From a virus (taxonomy: Duplodnaviria; Caudoviricetes): a stretch of DNA of 64,000 nt. The stretch's first letter is position 1, and every line of letters begins with the position of its first letter. The notes beneath the pieces were generated by a model. That model did no database searches. It was not told the origin of the DNA and saw only the letters and a program-made list of their open reading frames with translations. Positions 46,318 to 55,524 of this stretch are shown piece after piece. The stretch lies in IMG/VR virus record IMGVR_UViG_3300025011_000016; one strand, 5' to 3'. A program made the translations under genes and the position numbers.

Positions 46318-46704
46318 TTATCTCTCCCGCATCATCATTTCATAGATGGTATTTGGGCTTATTAACCCCTCTTTTACAGATCGTTCAAGGTGTTCTGTCT
46401 CTTCGGAGCAGAGAAAATACATAACCTTCTCGTCGCCCGGTATTCCAGCCTTAACAATCCATATGTAGCCGTGTTCCTCTAGCCATCGCATCCCGGCTGT
46501 GATGCTCGGCCTTGATAGCTTTGTTAGCTTCAGGAGTTGAGGCATAGCTAGATAATCGCCAATTTTTTCCCATCCCCAACACTTTCGTATAAGGATAAAA
46601 TAGCACTTCATGGCAGCTAGGTTTGTTATTTTAGGCATGAGTTGATCAAAGACAACATTTGGCACTTCGGTAAAATTTTTCTTCGGGCGTGGCAATCTGA
46701 ACAC
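46318..46704 (-). CDS. Small replication initiator (lambda O N-terminal-like winged helix)
   Basis: FTEVPNVVFD...ILIRKCWGWEK.GDYLA..QL..LT.LSR.SI..G..WLEEHGYI. RBS aggag. Directly adjacent to the iterons. Confidence 0.72.
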   Translation of the reverse strand: MFRLPRPKKNFTEVPNVVFDQLMPKITNLAAMKCYFILIRKCWGWEKIGDYLAMPQLLKLTKLSRPSITAGMRWLEEHGYIWIVKAGIPGDEKVMYFLCSEETEHLERSVKEGLISPNTIYEMMMRER

Positions 46705-46881
46705 GACAAAAAACTCCTATCGAATTAATTTAGGAATGGACAGGAGCCGTGCCTATGCTTTATAATAAAACCACAGCACAAAACAACCTATCCAGCAAAC
46801 CCCTTGAGATCACTTTAGCAGGTGGAATCTCAGGGGGTTTTCCTATTTTGCTTTAATTCGACAGGTTAACACTTCAATCCT

Positions 46882-47112
46882 TCAAATCCAAAGAATAACA
46901 TGAATAGCTACACCCACAACGTAAACACAGGCTAGAAGTTTGAGCGTCACATACAGTATTGGTTTTCTCTCAGAGAATGGTAATTTTTCGACATGATGAT
47001 TATTTATATATTCCTGCATATACTCCGGATCTACTAATACCAAATCTTTATCAACAACTACATACTTAAAGAATCCTCCCAAGTCCTTAGAAACAACCAC
47101 ACAGCAAAACAT
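46882..47112 (-). CDS. Possible small membrane protein
   Basis: C-terminal hydrophobic helix. Start uncertain. Confidence 0.4.
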   Translation of the reverse strand: MFCCVVVSKDLGGFFKYVVVDKDLVLVDPEYMQEYINNHHVEKLPFSERKPILYVTLKLLACVYVVGVAIHVILWI

Positions 47113-47194
47113 CCTTTCTATATTGTAATTTATCTTATAATTTCGGCAAATACTTTTAAAATCCTCTAGAATTTTCCTTATCGAGCATAAAGTA

Positions 47195-47227
47195 AGCAGG
47201 TATTTGACTTAACAAATACCCGCTTAT
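47195..47227 (-). terminator. Terminator downstream of the repressor
   Basis: aagcaggtatttg-acttaa-caaatacccgctt. Confidence 0.65.
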
Positions 47228-47240
47228 AATTTTATAGTTA

Positions 47241-47621
47241 TTATTTAGATTTCATCTTTTTTATAGTTTCTAAAAGATCGCGAAGGAAGATCGGGTCAAT
47301 TTGTTCATCGTGTAATTCGCGGGCCAGTATAGCATATGGCAAGCTTTCGCGTGTAGCGAAGAACTCGACAATATCTTCCGGAGGCTCATAGTCTGATATC
47401 TTTATCATTTCCTCGAAGCTCAAGGCGTTATCATCCATAAAGAACCATGTGTTGGTATTAAGAGCTTTGGCTAACTTTTCCAACGCTTCAGTGGCGGGCC
47501 TTTTCTTTCCATTTTCTATTTGAGAAATAAAAGGAGCCGATAATCCGGCCATCTTGGCTAAGTCGGTTTGGCTAAATCCTCTTAGCTCTCTCACATACTT
47601 AACTTTCTCTCCAAAATTCAA
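47241..47621 (-). CDS. XRE-family phage repressor (CI-like)
   Basis: VRELRGFSQTDLAKMAGLSAPFISQIENGKKRP. Divergent from a Cro-like gene. Confidence 0.88.
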   Translation of the reverse strand: MNFGEKVKYVRELRGFSQTDLAKMAGLSAPFISQIENGKKRPATEALEKLAKALNTNTWFFMDDNALSFEEMIKISDYEPPEDIVEFFATRESLPYAILARELHDEQIDPIFLRDLLETIKKMKSK

Positions 47622-47798
47622 AACCTTTCGCCTCCTTTTGCAGTAATATAACCACGGGTAAAATAATTATATTAGGTATATTGCAATGTTGCTCACAGTA
47701 ATATATACTTACGATATGAGGTAGATAGAACAGATAAAACCAATATTTTATTTACCTCTGCCATTACCAAAAGTAATTAAAAAGGTGGTGATAATAAA

Positions 47799-48029
47799 AT
47801 GATAACCGCGAGTAAAGATCAAACCATTGCAATAGTAGGCAAGAACCTCAGACGATTGATTGAATCAAGGGAAGGTCTTACTCAAACTAAGTTAGCCAAG
47901 GATGCTGGTGTATGCTATTCAACGGTTACCGATACTTGCAATTTGCGAAGCGTTCCAAGCGTCAAAGTCCTCGGGGTGCTTGCGAAAACTCTCGGATGCA
48001 GTATGGCAGATTTGTTCAAGGAGGAATAA
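47799..48029 (+). CDS. XRE-family Cro-like regulator
   Basis: GLTQTKLAKDAGVCYSTV...PSVKVLGVLAKTLGCSMADLF. Confidence 0.85.
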   Translation: MITASKDQTIAIVGKNLRRLIESREGLTQTKLAKDAGVCYSTVTDTCNLRSVPSVKVLGVLAKTLGCSMADLFKEE

Positions 48030-48193
48030 TGAAAAACAGTTTTACCATGTCAGCAAGTGAGAATAAAAAGAAAGCTAGGATACCAACCCTAGCGCATTAT
48101 TTTATTCTTACTATCAAAAAGCTTTTCAACTTCAAACAACCCCTTAATGCTTACCAGGCAAAAAGAGGAAGGTTGAAACTGTTACCTGCTTGA
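48029..48193 (+). CDS. Small hypothetical protein
   Basis: ATG overlaps the Cro stop, with RBS aaggagg. Confidence 0.5.
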   Translation: MKNSFTMSASENKKKARIPTLAHYFILTIKKLFNFKQPLNAYQAKRGRLKLLPA

Positions 48194-48409
48194 CGCACTT
48201 CCAGCTCATCAATATTACCAGTATTGATAGACCGAAAGTACGTCGATCGAGCAACGTTGCTCTAATTAATTTGTCCGCTACCAACGAACGATTCAGCCAT
48301 TTCCAGTGGCCGAGTCAAACACCGCCGTAGTTCATAGGGCTTGTTTGCTACGCTCTTGTTTAACTGTGTTCAGTCTACACAATTATCAATGTGGTGTCAA
48401 TAGGGTATT

Positions 48410-48742
48410 ATGACATTTTTGCAAAAAAGTATTAAAAAAGTGATGTTATGTAATCGTTTCGTCAAGGAGGGGAAGGCAATAGAAAAAGCATTAGTAAGTG
48501 AGTTCAAGCGATTAACAGGTTTTAACGGTGGCGATATTGCTAAAAAGTATGGAGTTAGTCGGCAGTTTGTTCATCAGGAGTTAAGTAGTAACACGTTGAC
48601 GCATAAGGCTAGTTCGGCTTTCTTCTTAAATGCAATGATTAACGAAAAGGTTTTAGAACTAAAAAAGCAGGTTCGGGATTTGGAGTTTTTGCAGCTCAGT
48701 ATTGAGGGCAGCGTAACGAATGGGGAGGACAAGCATGAGTAA
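48410..48742 (+). CDS. HTH-containing protein
   Basis: GGDIAKKYGVSRQFVHQEL. Confidence 0.6.
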   Translation: MTFLQKSIKKVMLCNRFVKEGKAIEKALVSEFKRLTGFNGGDIAKKYGVSRQFVHQELSSNTLTHKASSAFFLNAMINEKVLELKKQVRDLEFLQLSIEGSVTNGEDKHE

Positions 48743-49409
48743 TTTAACAACCATTCAAGTCGAAGTTGATCTTGGGGTAAACCCTCACGATGGAGCGGCA
48801 AAGGTTAGCACAAGGTTTATAGCTGATGTGTTCAACAAGGAACATAAGGATGTGTTGGAATCAGTTAGGAATTGTAATTGCAGTAATGAATTCTCGCGGC
48901 GGAATTTTACGCCGTCAACCTACAAGGATTCAAGAGGAAAGAAGCAACCTGAAGTCCTGCTCACGAAAGACGGATTCGCTTTTATTGTAATGGGTTTCAC
49001 TGGCAAAAAGGCTGCTCAATTTAAAGAAGCATATATCAACCGATTTAACGAAATGGAAAAAACCTTAAAAGACCTTAACATCGCAAGGCTCGAATACCCC
49101 GAACTTACGGAAGCAATCAAATCCATGCACGCAGAACCGAAGTTCTTCCATTACTCAAATGAGGCAGACATGTTCAATCAAATTATTTTAGGCATGAAGT
49201 CGAAAGAATTTCGCAGGAAGCACAACCTTGATAAAGGTGATTCAATCAGACCATACCTAACTCCATTTCAAGCCGAGGCAATGAGGAAAATGCAACAGTT
49301 CGACGTAGGCTTAGTTGTGGCCGTTCCTGATTTCGCCGAGCGCAAGAAGATTCTGCGAACCTATTTTATGCAAACTTATTTTCCTGAGACGTTGAAGTTA
49401 AATTCTTAA
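48735..49409 (+). CDS. rha: Rha-family phage regulatory protein
   Basis: VSTRFIADVFNKEHKDVL...Y.D..GKKQPEVLLTKDGFAFIVMGFTGKKAAQFKEAYINRFNEME. Confidence 0.9.
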   Translation: MSNLTTIQVEVDLGVNPHDGAAKVSTRFIADVFNKEHKDVLESVRNCNCSNEFSRRNFTPSTYKDSRGKKQPEVLLTKDGFAFIVMGFTGKKAAQFKEAYINRFNEMEKTLKDLNIARLEYPELTEAIKSMHAEPKFFHYSNEADMFNQIILGMKSKEFRRKHNLDKGDSIRPYLTPFQAEAMRKMQQFDVGLVVAVPDFAERKKILRTYFMQTYFPETLKLNS

Positions 49410-49430
49410 TGCACCAGGAGGGGTCAAGCT

Positions 49431-49694
49431 GTGAAAATTGAGTTTAACGAAGGCGAACCGTTATCCGAAAAAAGTCGCCTTGTACTAATCAATCATGTCA
49501 TCGAAAACACTGACAAGATCGAAGCTATCCATAATTTAGATGGTTTCTCAGATTACTTGCTAAGAACCTTAATGAATGACGAGTGTATAAGCTGCTCTCT
49601 GTGCAAGGTTAACCAAGGGAAGTGCTATGGAAAGATTGGCGGAAATCCTTGCTTAGTATTTAGGCCAAAGGAGGACAAGCTATACACCACCTAA
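49431..49694 (+). CDS. Hypothetical protein (Cys-rich)
   Basis: RBS aggaggg and GTG start. Confidence 0.55.
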   Translation: MKIEFNEGEPLSEKSRLVLINHVIENTDKIEAIHNLDGFSDYLLRTLMNDECISCSLCKVNQGKCYGKIGGNPCLVFRPKEDKLYTT

Positions 49695-49828
49695 AATCCT
49701 GGAAAGTAACCGGTCGTGATCGTTCTCGGAGGCTGGGGTATCAAGAAAAGCAGAGGCTGCAATTGAAGGATGAGCAGGCCAAAGGCAAGATTGAATTGTT
49801 TGTGAAGAAGTTAGTAAAGTAAAGGAGG

Positions 49829-50020
49829 ATGAAAAACTTGAAAAAATGGCAATGGTACACCCTCGGAGTTTTGCTCTATGTAGCGATATTGTCGCTCTCA
49901 TTTAATCAATTTTCTAAAGGAAACGTACAGTATGGATTTTTTTATTCTGTAGCTTCCGGTGTTGTAGGGGCAAGGATTCTTTTAACTTTTATTAAGGATA
50001 GGGCGAAGAAACATAAGTAA
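49829..50020 (+). CDS. Small membrane protein
   Basis: Two hydrophobic segments. RBS aggagg. Confidence 0.6.
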   Translation: MKNLKKWQWYTLGVLLYVAILSLSFNQFSKGNVQYGFFYSVASGVVGARILLTFIKDRAKKHK

Positions 50021-50032
50021 AGGAGGCGCACT

Positions 50033-50257
50033 ATGACTAAGCAAACACTCCAAACCTGCCAATGCGGAAAACCCACGGAATTTCCAGAAGCCCAAGTAAA
50101 AACAACCTGCTCATGCGGTCAAGTCTGGGAAATGGATTGCGGAGGGTATTGGTTCACAAACCTTGTTATACCATTCGCCACTCCAAAGGCTCGGTTTACG
50201 TCTGAAAAGCGCAAGAATTACCCTAAAAGTAACAAGCGGAGGATGGTAAAAAAATGA
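50033..50257 (+). CDS. Small zinc-ribbon protein
   Basis: CQCG...CSCG. Confidence 0.6.
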   Translation: MTKQTLQTCQCGKPTEFPEAQVKTTCSCGQVWEMDCGGYWFTNLVIPFATPKARFTSEKRKNYPKSNKRRMVKK

Positions 50258-50667
50258 GTAGAGATATTAAGTTTAGGGCTTGGGATAAGGACTGCAAAAA
50301 AATATTACCGTGGGAAATGATGGTAACTGGTTTTTTGCAAGGGTTTTTGAGCAAAAAATACAATGTTGAGGTTATGCAATTCTCCGGACTCCATGACAAG
50401 AATGGCAAGGAGATTTATGAGGGGGATATTATTAATCTCATAAATTGCGAAGGAGATTCGATAAATGTAGTCTGCGAGCTTGGAACTGCAAGGAGAAGTG
50501 TAACTAACTGTATCGTAGATATTACTGGCTTTTATTTCAAATTACCTAACGGTAAGAAGTCTTTTCCTGTCGTCAATAACTATCTAGGGAAGCATGATTT
50601 GGAAATATTTGAAATCATTGGAAACATCTACGAAAATCCTGAACTCTTGGAGGATACTAAATGCTGA
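50254..50667 (+). CDS. yopX: YopX-family protein
   Basis: REIKFRAWD-like start, MQFSGLHDKNGKEIYEGDI and EIIGNIYENPELL. Confidence 0.88.
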   Translation: MSRDIKFRAWDKDCKKILPWEMMVTGFLQGFLSKKYNVEVMQFSGLHDKNGKEIYEGDIINLINCEGDSINVVCELGTARRSVTNCIVDITGFYFKLPNGKKSFPVVNNYLGKHDLEIFEIIGNIYENPELLEDTKC

Positions 50668-50930
50668 AAACAATACTAAAACCACTACGCAAGCAGCTAC
50701 TAAAATCCAAGCGAATCAAGCAAGCAGTAACCGACAGCCTCAAGCGCAAGAATCTGGCAGGAGCGTTACTAAACAGCGAATGCGTCCGTATGCCTGAGAA
50801 GTCTGATTGTGTGTTAACGATTGAATATGAGGGGTTCGTAGTTGACTATCACGATGGGCGCATGGTCGGGCAGCGTGGGGTTGTGCCGTTTGTTATGCGG
50901 CCATTGGGGTTGTGGAGGTGGAAGCTATAG
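50661..50930 (+). CDS. Hypothetical protein
   Basis: Translationally coupled ORF in the early operon. Confidence 0.55.
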   Translation: MLKTILKPLRKQLLKSKRIKQAVTDSLKRKNLAGALLNSECVRMPEKSDCVLTIEYEGFVVDYHDGRMVGQRGVVPFVMRPLGLWRWKL

Positions 50931-51877
50931 AGTCCTGGGAGCTGAAGCAGATGCAATCTCTTCCGCTCGAACTAAAGATTATTAAGACGAAATTGCGGAT
51001 TAGGGAATGGTATGAAGCGTGGGATGGTCAAGTATATGTTTCGTTCTCGGGTGGTAAGGACTCAACAGTTTTACTGAAGTTGGTTCGTGAACTTTATCCC
51101 GATGTTCCGGCTGTATTTATGGATACGGGGTTAGAGTATCCGGAGATTAGGGAGTTCGTCGGAACTATTGAAAATGTTGTTACAATCAAACCAAAAATGG
51201 CATTCAATAAAGTTATCGAAAAATACGGATATCCAGTTGTGTCTAAGCAAACATCCGATATAGTGTACAGAATTCGCCACTACAATATTAGCGATAGGGC
51301 GATGAATTACTACTTAGTTGGAAAACCAGAAAGAGGATTGGGCCCAAAGCTATCATTAAAGTGGAGAAAACTACTAGACGCTCCATTCGAGGTAAATTCC
51401 TACTGCTGCAACGTAATGAAAAAAAGACCTGCCAAGATATACGATAAGGATTCTGGAAGGAAGGTAATGACTGGGGAAATTGCTTCTGAAAGTAGAATGA
51501 GATTACAACAGTATCTTGACCGTGGGTGCAATGCGTTTGATGCCAAAAACCCCAAGTCGACTCCATTGGGTTTCTGGACAGAACAAGACGTTCTGCAATA
51601 TATCAAGAAATTTGAGGTTCCATATGCAACTGTGTATGGAGATATTATCGCAGTTAGTGGTGGTGGATTGACGTTAACCGGATTATCGCGTACCGGGTGC
51701 ATGTTCTGCATGTTTGGGGTACACATGGAGAAGGGTGAGAATCGCTTTCAACGCATGGCAAAGACCCACCCTAAGCAATATGACTACTGCATCAACAAAC
51801 TAGGATTAGGCGAAGTCCTGGACTATATCGGCGTAGATTATCGCGTCAATAATCTGTTCGAAGGAGGAACAAAATGA
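50912..51877 (+). CDS. Phosphoadenosine phosphosulfate (PAPS) reductase-family protein
   Basis: YVSFSGGKDSTVLL PP-loop, DTGLEYPE, CCNVMKKRP and RTGCMFC. Confidence 0.88.
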   Translation: MEVEAIESWELKQMQSLPLELKIIKTKLRIREWYEAWDGQVYVSFSGGKDSTVLLKLVRELYPDVPAVFMDTGLEYPEIREFVGTIENVVTIKPKMAFNKVIEKYGYPVVSKQTSDIVYRIRHYNISDRAMNYYLVGKPERGLGPKLSLKWRKLLDAPFEVNSYCCNVMKKRPAKIYDKDSGRKVMTGEIASESRMRLQQYLDRGCNAFDAKNPKSTPLGFWTEQDVLQYIKKFEVPYATVYGDIIAVSGGGLTLTGLSRTGCMFCMFGVHMEKGENRFQRMAKTHPKQYDYCINKLGLGEVLDYIGVDYRVNNLFEGGTK

Positions 51878-52026
51878 AGCAAGGCAAAAACCCGACCCGC
51901 ACCCAAAGTATTCGCCTGAAAAAGCTTGGGCTAGTTCCGACTAATTGGCTCGTCTCGAAGTGCAGCCCCACTGAGTTTGTTGTCGTCCATCGTGTGAGTG
52001 GTGAAGTTAGGAGGTTGGGAGTATGA
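51874..52026 (+). CDS. Small phage protein (50 aa), absent from the ORF track
   Basis: MKQGKNPTRTQSIRLKKLGLVPTNWLV. Coupled on both sides. Confidence 0.6.
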   Translation: MKQGKNPTRTQSIRLKKLGLVPTNWLVSKCSPTEFVVVHRVSGEVRRLGV

Positions 52027-52448
52027 CAAACTGGTTCGCAAACCTCGAAACCAAAGCCCAAATGAACTCTTTAGCCATCGGAGCAATCGAGGAAATCATG
52101 GGAGATATCAGCACAACTGCACCATCGAAGTTGATTGGAATTGCTAGATGGCTGAGGGAATTGGATTTAGCGCGGAACGCAAAAATGGCCCCGCGCCAAC
52201 GGGACCTAAAGGAAATTACTCAAGGTAATTGTAGCATAGATTCGAGCCGAATTGAATCGTTGGTAGATTTTCCTCTGGTTAAGAGAGGGCCGGATTGCGA
52301 GAAGTGTCAGTGCTTCAACTGTGACCGTCTAACACGATGCCACATTTTATTGCCATCAACTCTCAAGCATTGCGCGTATGCGTGCGGTGGACATGCCCCA
52401 ATCACAAACTGTGAATATGCGAATAAGGAGAATGAAATATGCGAGTAA
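52023..52448 (+). CDS. Hypothetical protein with Cys-rich C-terminus
   Basis: CEKCQCFNC...C...C...C. Confidence 0.55.
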   Translation: MTNWFANLETKAQMNSLAIGAIEEIMGDISTTAPSKLIGIARWLRELDLARNAKMAPRQRDLKEITQGNCSIDSSRIESLVDFPLVKRGPDCEKCQCFNCDRLTRCHILLPSTLKHCAYACGGHAPITNCEYANKENEICE

Positions 52449-54139
52449 AAAAACTAAGCGTCAGTAATTTTCTCGGAATAACAGAGCTATCCCTTGACCT
52501 TGGAAAAGTGAACATTATCACAGGCCGAAAGGGAGAGGGCAAGACTTCTGTAATAGAATCACTCCAAAAAGGATTCACCAACACGTCCGAGCGAACCGAA
52601 ATAGTCCGACACAACGAGTCAGAGGCGACAATTTTTATCCAGACAGACACTGGCCTTGAGATTGACCGCAAGATCCGCACCGGTGGAAAGGCAGACTATT
52701 TCAAGCTGAAGAAGCCCGGAGAAGCGGTGCCTTCGACCGAGAAATATCTCAAGCAGTTTATAAGCGGCGATATCTTTAAGCCCTTGGAGTTCGTTTCTAA
52801 ATCCCCGACTGAGCAAGCAAAAATCATCCTTAACCTTCTTGAAATCCCTTGGACTCTTGACGACATATCCAACTGGTTCGGAGAGATCCCGGACAGCGTA
52901 AACTATCAAGCGCACATCCTCCAAGTCCTCGGTCAAATTGTCGCTTATTACTTTGACCAAAGGACGGCTGTAAATCAGGAGATTGGCGTTCTGAAGGCGC
53001 AGATTGCCGGGTATAGGAATGAGTTGCCGCCGAATTATGACGGGGAGTTCTGGCGGGCTAAGAGCGTGGCAGAGGCTTATAAGAAGCTATCTGATGCCGA
53101 GCAGGTTAATAAGGCTATAGATAGTGCTGTGAACTTGATTGAGAGCCTAGAACAACGCATTGACATCGTTAGGGCCGAGGCTGAGACAGAGAAGCAAAGC
53201 AAGTTGAATCAGATGGCACAGAAGCGTAACGAGATTAAGGAATTTAAGGCTTTTCTTGAAAATAAGGTTGCCGAGGCAGAGAGCAAAATATTGCAATCCG
53301 ATTCAAGAATTAAGCAGACAGAGGATTCTTTAGGAATTGAACATGAACGAAAATTAACAAAGATGAATGTGGAATATGCAATTAAACTGCAAATACTGAA
53401 TGATGAACATGCCGCTAAATTGAAAGAATCAAGAAAATTGATATCTGACGAAGTTACAGTTACCGAACAATTAATCGTTAGCTATAACCAATCAATCGCC
53501 ACCAAAGACCAAGAATACGCCAACATCGACGAACTAGAAACTCAATCCCTCCTGTCCATCAGTGAAAAAGCAGACGAGCGCATAAAAACGGAAGATGCCA
53601 AAGTCGGGAATGCTCGAAAAACCCTAGCAGAAACCGTGCCTGTCGAAGTCGAACCACTCCGAAAAGCAGCAGACGAAGTTGCTAACATGCAAAGCTATCT
53701 CCGCGACTTTGATCTCATGTCCTCTATGATCCGCGAAAAGTTGGCACCGAAAGAAGAACTCTCCAAAACCCTTACGGCCCGAATCGAGAAGGGGCGCGAA
53801 ATGCCGAAGGAGCTATTAAAGATTGCAGCGTTGCCGATACCGGGAATCGCTGTGGATGCGAACGGGTTGATCCGCATTGGCGAGACGTTGATTGACGGAC
53901 TGTCCGAGGGTGAGAAGTTGGAGCTTGCCTTTAGGGCGGCTAAGGCCCAAGCCGGTGAGCTGAAACTCATTTGTCTGGATGGTTGGAACAAGATCAATCC
54001 GAGTGATCGGGAGTGGATTGAGCGGGAGATTGCCGAGGATGAGTATCAATATATTTTGCTTCTTACGGATGATGGCGATCTGAAGATTGATATATCGGAT
54101 GGAGTTAGCGCGAACGAAAGAGGCACAGAAATATGCTAA
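52439..54139 (+). CDS. SMC/RecF-like AAA ATPase with long coiled coil
   Basis: Walker A GRKGEGKTS, signature LSEGE and Walker B LICLDG. Confidence 0.85.
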   Translation: MRVKKLSVSNFLGITELSLDLGKVNIITGRKGEGKTSVIESLQKGFTNTSERTEIVRHNESEATIFIQTDTGLEIDRKIRTGGKADYFKLKKPGEAVPSTEKYLKQFISGDIFKPLEFVSKSPTEQAKIILNLLEIPWTLDDISNWFGEIPDSVNYQAHILQVLGQIVAYYFDQRTAVNQEIGVLKAQIAGYRNELPPNYDGEFWRAKSVAEAYKKLSDAEQVNKAIDSAVNLIESLEQRIDIVRAEAETEKQSKLNQMAQKRNEIKEFKAFLENKVAEAESKILQSDSRIKQTEDSLGIEHERKLTKMNVEYAIKLQILNDEHAAKLKESRKLISDEVTVTEQLIVSYNQSIATKDQEYANIDELETQSLLSISEKADERIKTEDAKVGNARKTLAETVPVEVEPLRKAADEVANMQSYLRDFDLMSSMIREKLAPKEELSKTLTARIEKGREMPKELLKIAALPIPGIAVDANGLIRIGETLIDGLSEGEKLELAFRAAKAQAGELKLICLDGWNKINPSDREWIEREIAEDEYQYILLLTDDGDLKIDISDGVSANERGTEIC

Positions 54140-54639
54140 TTTCTAGAAAATGGGCAATACCAAATAAAAACACTTTCAGCATCAAGCCGATAGCCGAACT
54201 AATCGAAAGGCATTTGGTAAAAGGATGCACTATAGACCCTTTTGCTAATAGCAACAAAACCGCAACCATTACAAATGACTTAGATACGCAACATGACACA
54301 GATTACCACATGGATGCCTTGGATTTCCTAAAGCAGTTTGAAGATGTCTCGGTAGATATGTGCTTATATGACCCACCGTATTCTCCGCGTCAAGTGAGTG
54401 AGTGCTATAAATCTTTAGATATGACCGTAAATATGCAAACCACACAAGCTAGTTATTGGAGTAATCAAAAGAAAGAGGTCGGCAGGGTCATAAGAAAGGG
54501 AGGAAAAGTGATTACATTCGGGTGGAATAGCGGTGGAATAGGTAAAAAATATGGATTTGAAATAGTCGAAATATTATTGGTTTCCCACGGAGGATGGCAC
54601 AACGACACAATTTGCACAGTGGAAAGGAAGGTTTGTTAA
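54133..54639 (+). CDS. Putative N6-adenine DNA methyltransferase
   Basis: IDPFAN motif and catalytic YDPPYS. Confidence 0.75.
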   Translation: MLISRKWAIPNKNTFSIKPIAELIERHLVKGCTIDPFANSNKTATITNDLDTQHDTDYHMDALDFLKQFEDVSVDMCLYDPPYSPRQVSECYKSLDMTVNMQTTQASYWSNQKKEVGRVIRKGGKVITFGWNSGGIGKKYGFEIVEILLVSHGGWHNDTICTVERKVC

Positions 54640-55524
54640 ATGGCTAACATAGTCGTAAAAAACCCAACAGTAGCCCAATACCTGGGATCAGTGGACATAA
54701 AGCGGTACATTGAAGGAGTCCTGAAAGAGCGTGCAGGGCAGTTCGTGACCTCGTTAGTGTCAATGTCAAAACTTACCCCTGCGTTAAGCGGTTGTGACCC
54801 TGAAACACTTATGTATTGCGGCCTGAAGGCGGCTAGTCTAAGCCTTCCGTTAGATAACAACCTTGGGTTCGCTTATGCGGTTCCCTACAAGAACAACAAG
54901 ACTGAACCTCCAACTATTGAGGCGCAATTCCAAATTGGTTATAAGGGATTCATTCAGCTTGGGCAGAGGACCGGTCAGTACAAAAGTATGAACGTTATCA
55001 ATATCCATAAAGGCGAGTTGATAAGCTGGGACCCATTCACGGAAGAACTTGAACTGGAAATTGTAAGCGACCAAGAAGCACGTTCTCTCCTTCCGGTCAT
55101 TGGATATGCTGCTGTTTTTATACTAACGAACGGGTTCAAAAAAGTCAGCTATTGGCCTACGGCAAGGGTTGAATCCCATGCCAAAAGATTCTCGAAGGCT
55201 TTTCATAAAGGACCTTGGCAAACAGACTTCCATGCAATGGCAAGAAAGACGGTCCTAAAGGATATGTTGAGCCATTGGGGGCCTGCTTCTACGGAGATAT
55301 CAGAGGCCGCAAAGTTTGATCAATCTGTTGTTCGTAAAACAGAGGCTGGGGAAGAATACCCAGATTACGTGGATGGTTCACTGGTTGAGGATGTTCCAAA
55401 CTTGCCAGAATCAAGCATCGAAGCTGAATTCAAGGCTGAGCAGGAGCGCAAAAAAGCGTTCGACGCCGAAGAGAGTCGGAGATTGGATGCAGAGTTGGCG
55501 GAGAGGGAGAATGCTGGTGCTTAA
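54640..55524 (+). CDS. recT: RecT-family single-strand annealing protein
   Basis: LGFAYAVPY...AQFQIGYKGFIQLGQRTGQY and W..DF.AMARKTV. Confidence 0.92.
   Translation: MANIVVKNPTVAQYLGSVDIKRYIEGVLKERAGQFVTSLVSMSKLTPALSGCDPETLMYCGLKAASLSLPLDNNLGFAYAVPYKNNKTEPPTIEAQFQIGYKGFIQLGQRTGQYKSMNVINIHKGELISWDPFTEELELEIVSDQEARSLLPVIGYAAVFILTNGFKKVSYWPTARVESHAKRFSKAFHKGPWQTDFHAMARKTVLKDMLSHWGPASTEISEAAKFDQSVVRKTEAGEEYPDYVDGSLVEDVPNLPESSIEAEFKAEQERKKAFDAEESRRLDAELAERENAGA

Noticed and set aside
48195-48405. Possible structured RNA or small gene between the Cro operon and the HTH/Rha pair
   Set aside because: Only a short palindrome (gagcaacgttgctc) is present, with no convincing ORF or extended fold.
55316-55510. 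N-terminal extension of the exonuclease ORF
   Set aside because: It overlaps recT by about 200 nt. A coupled start at 55511 is more plausible.
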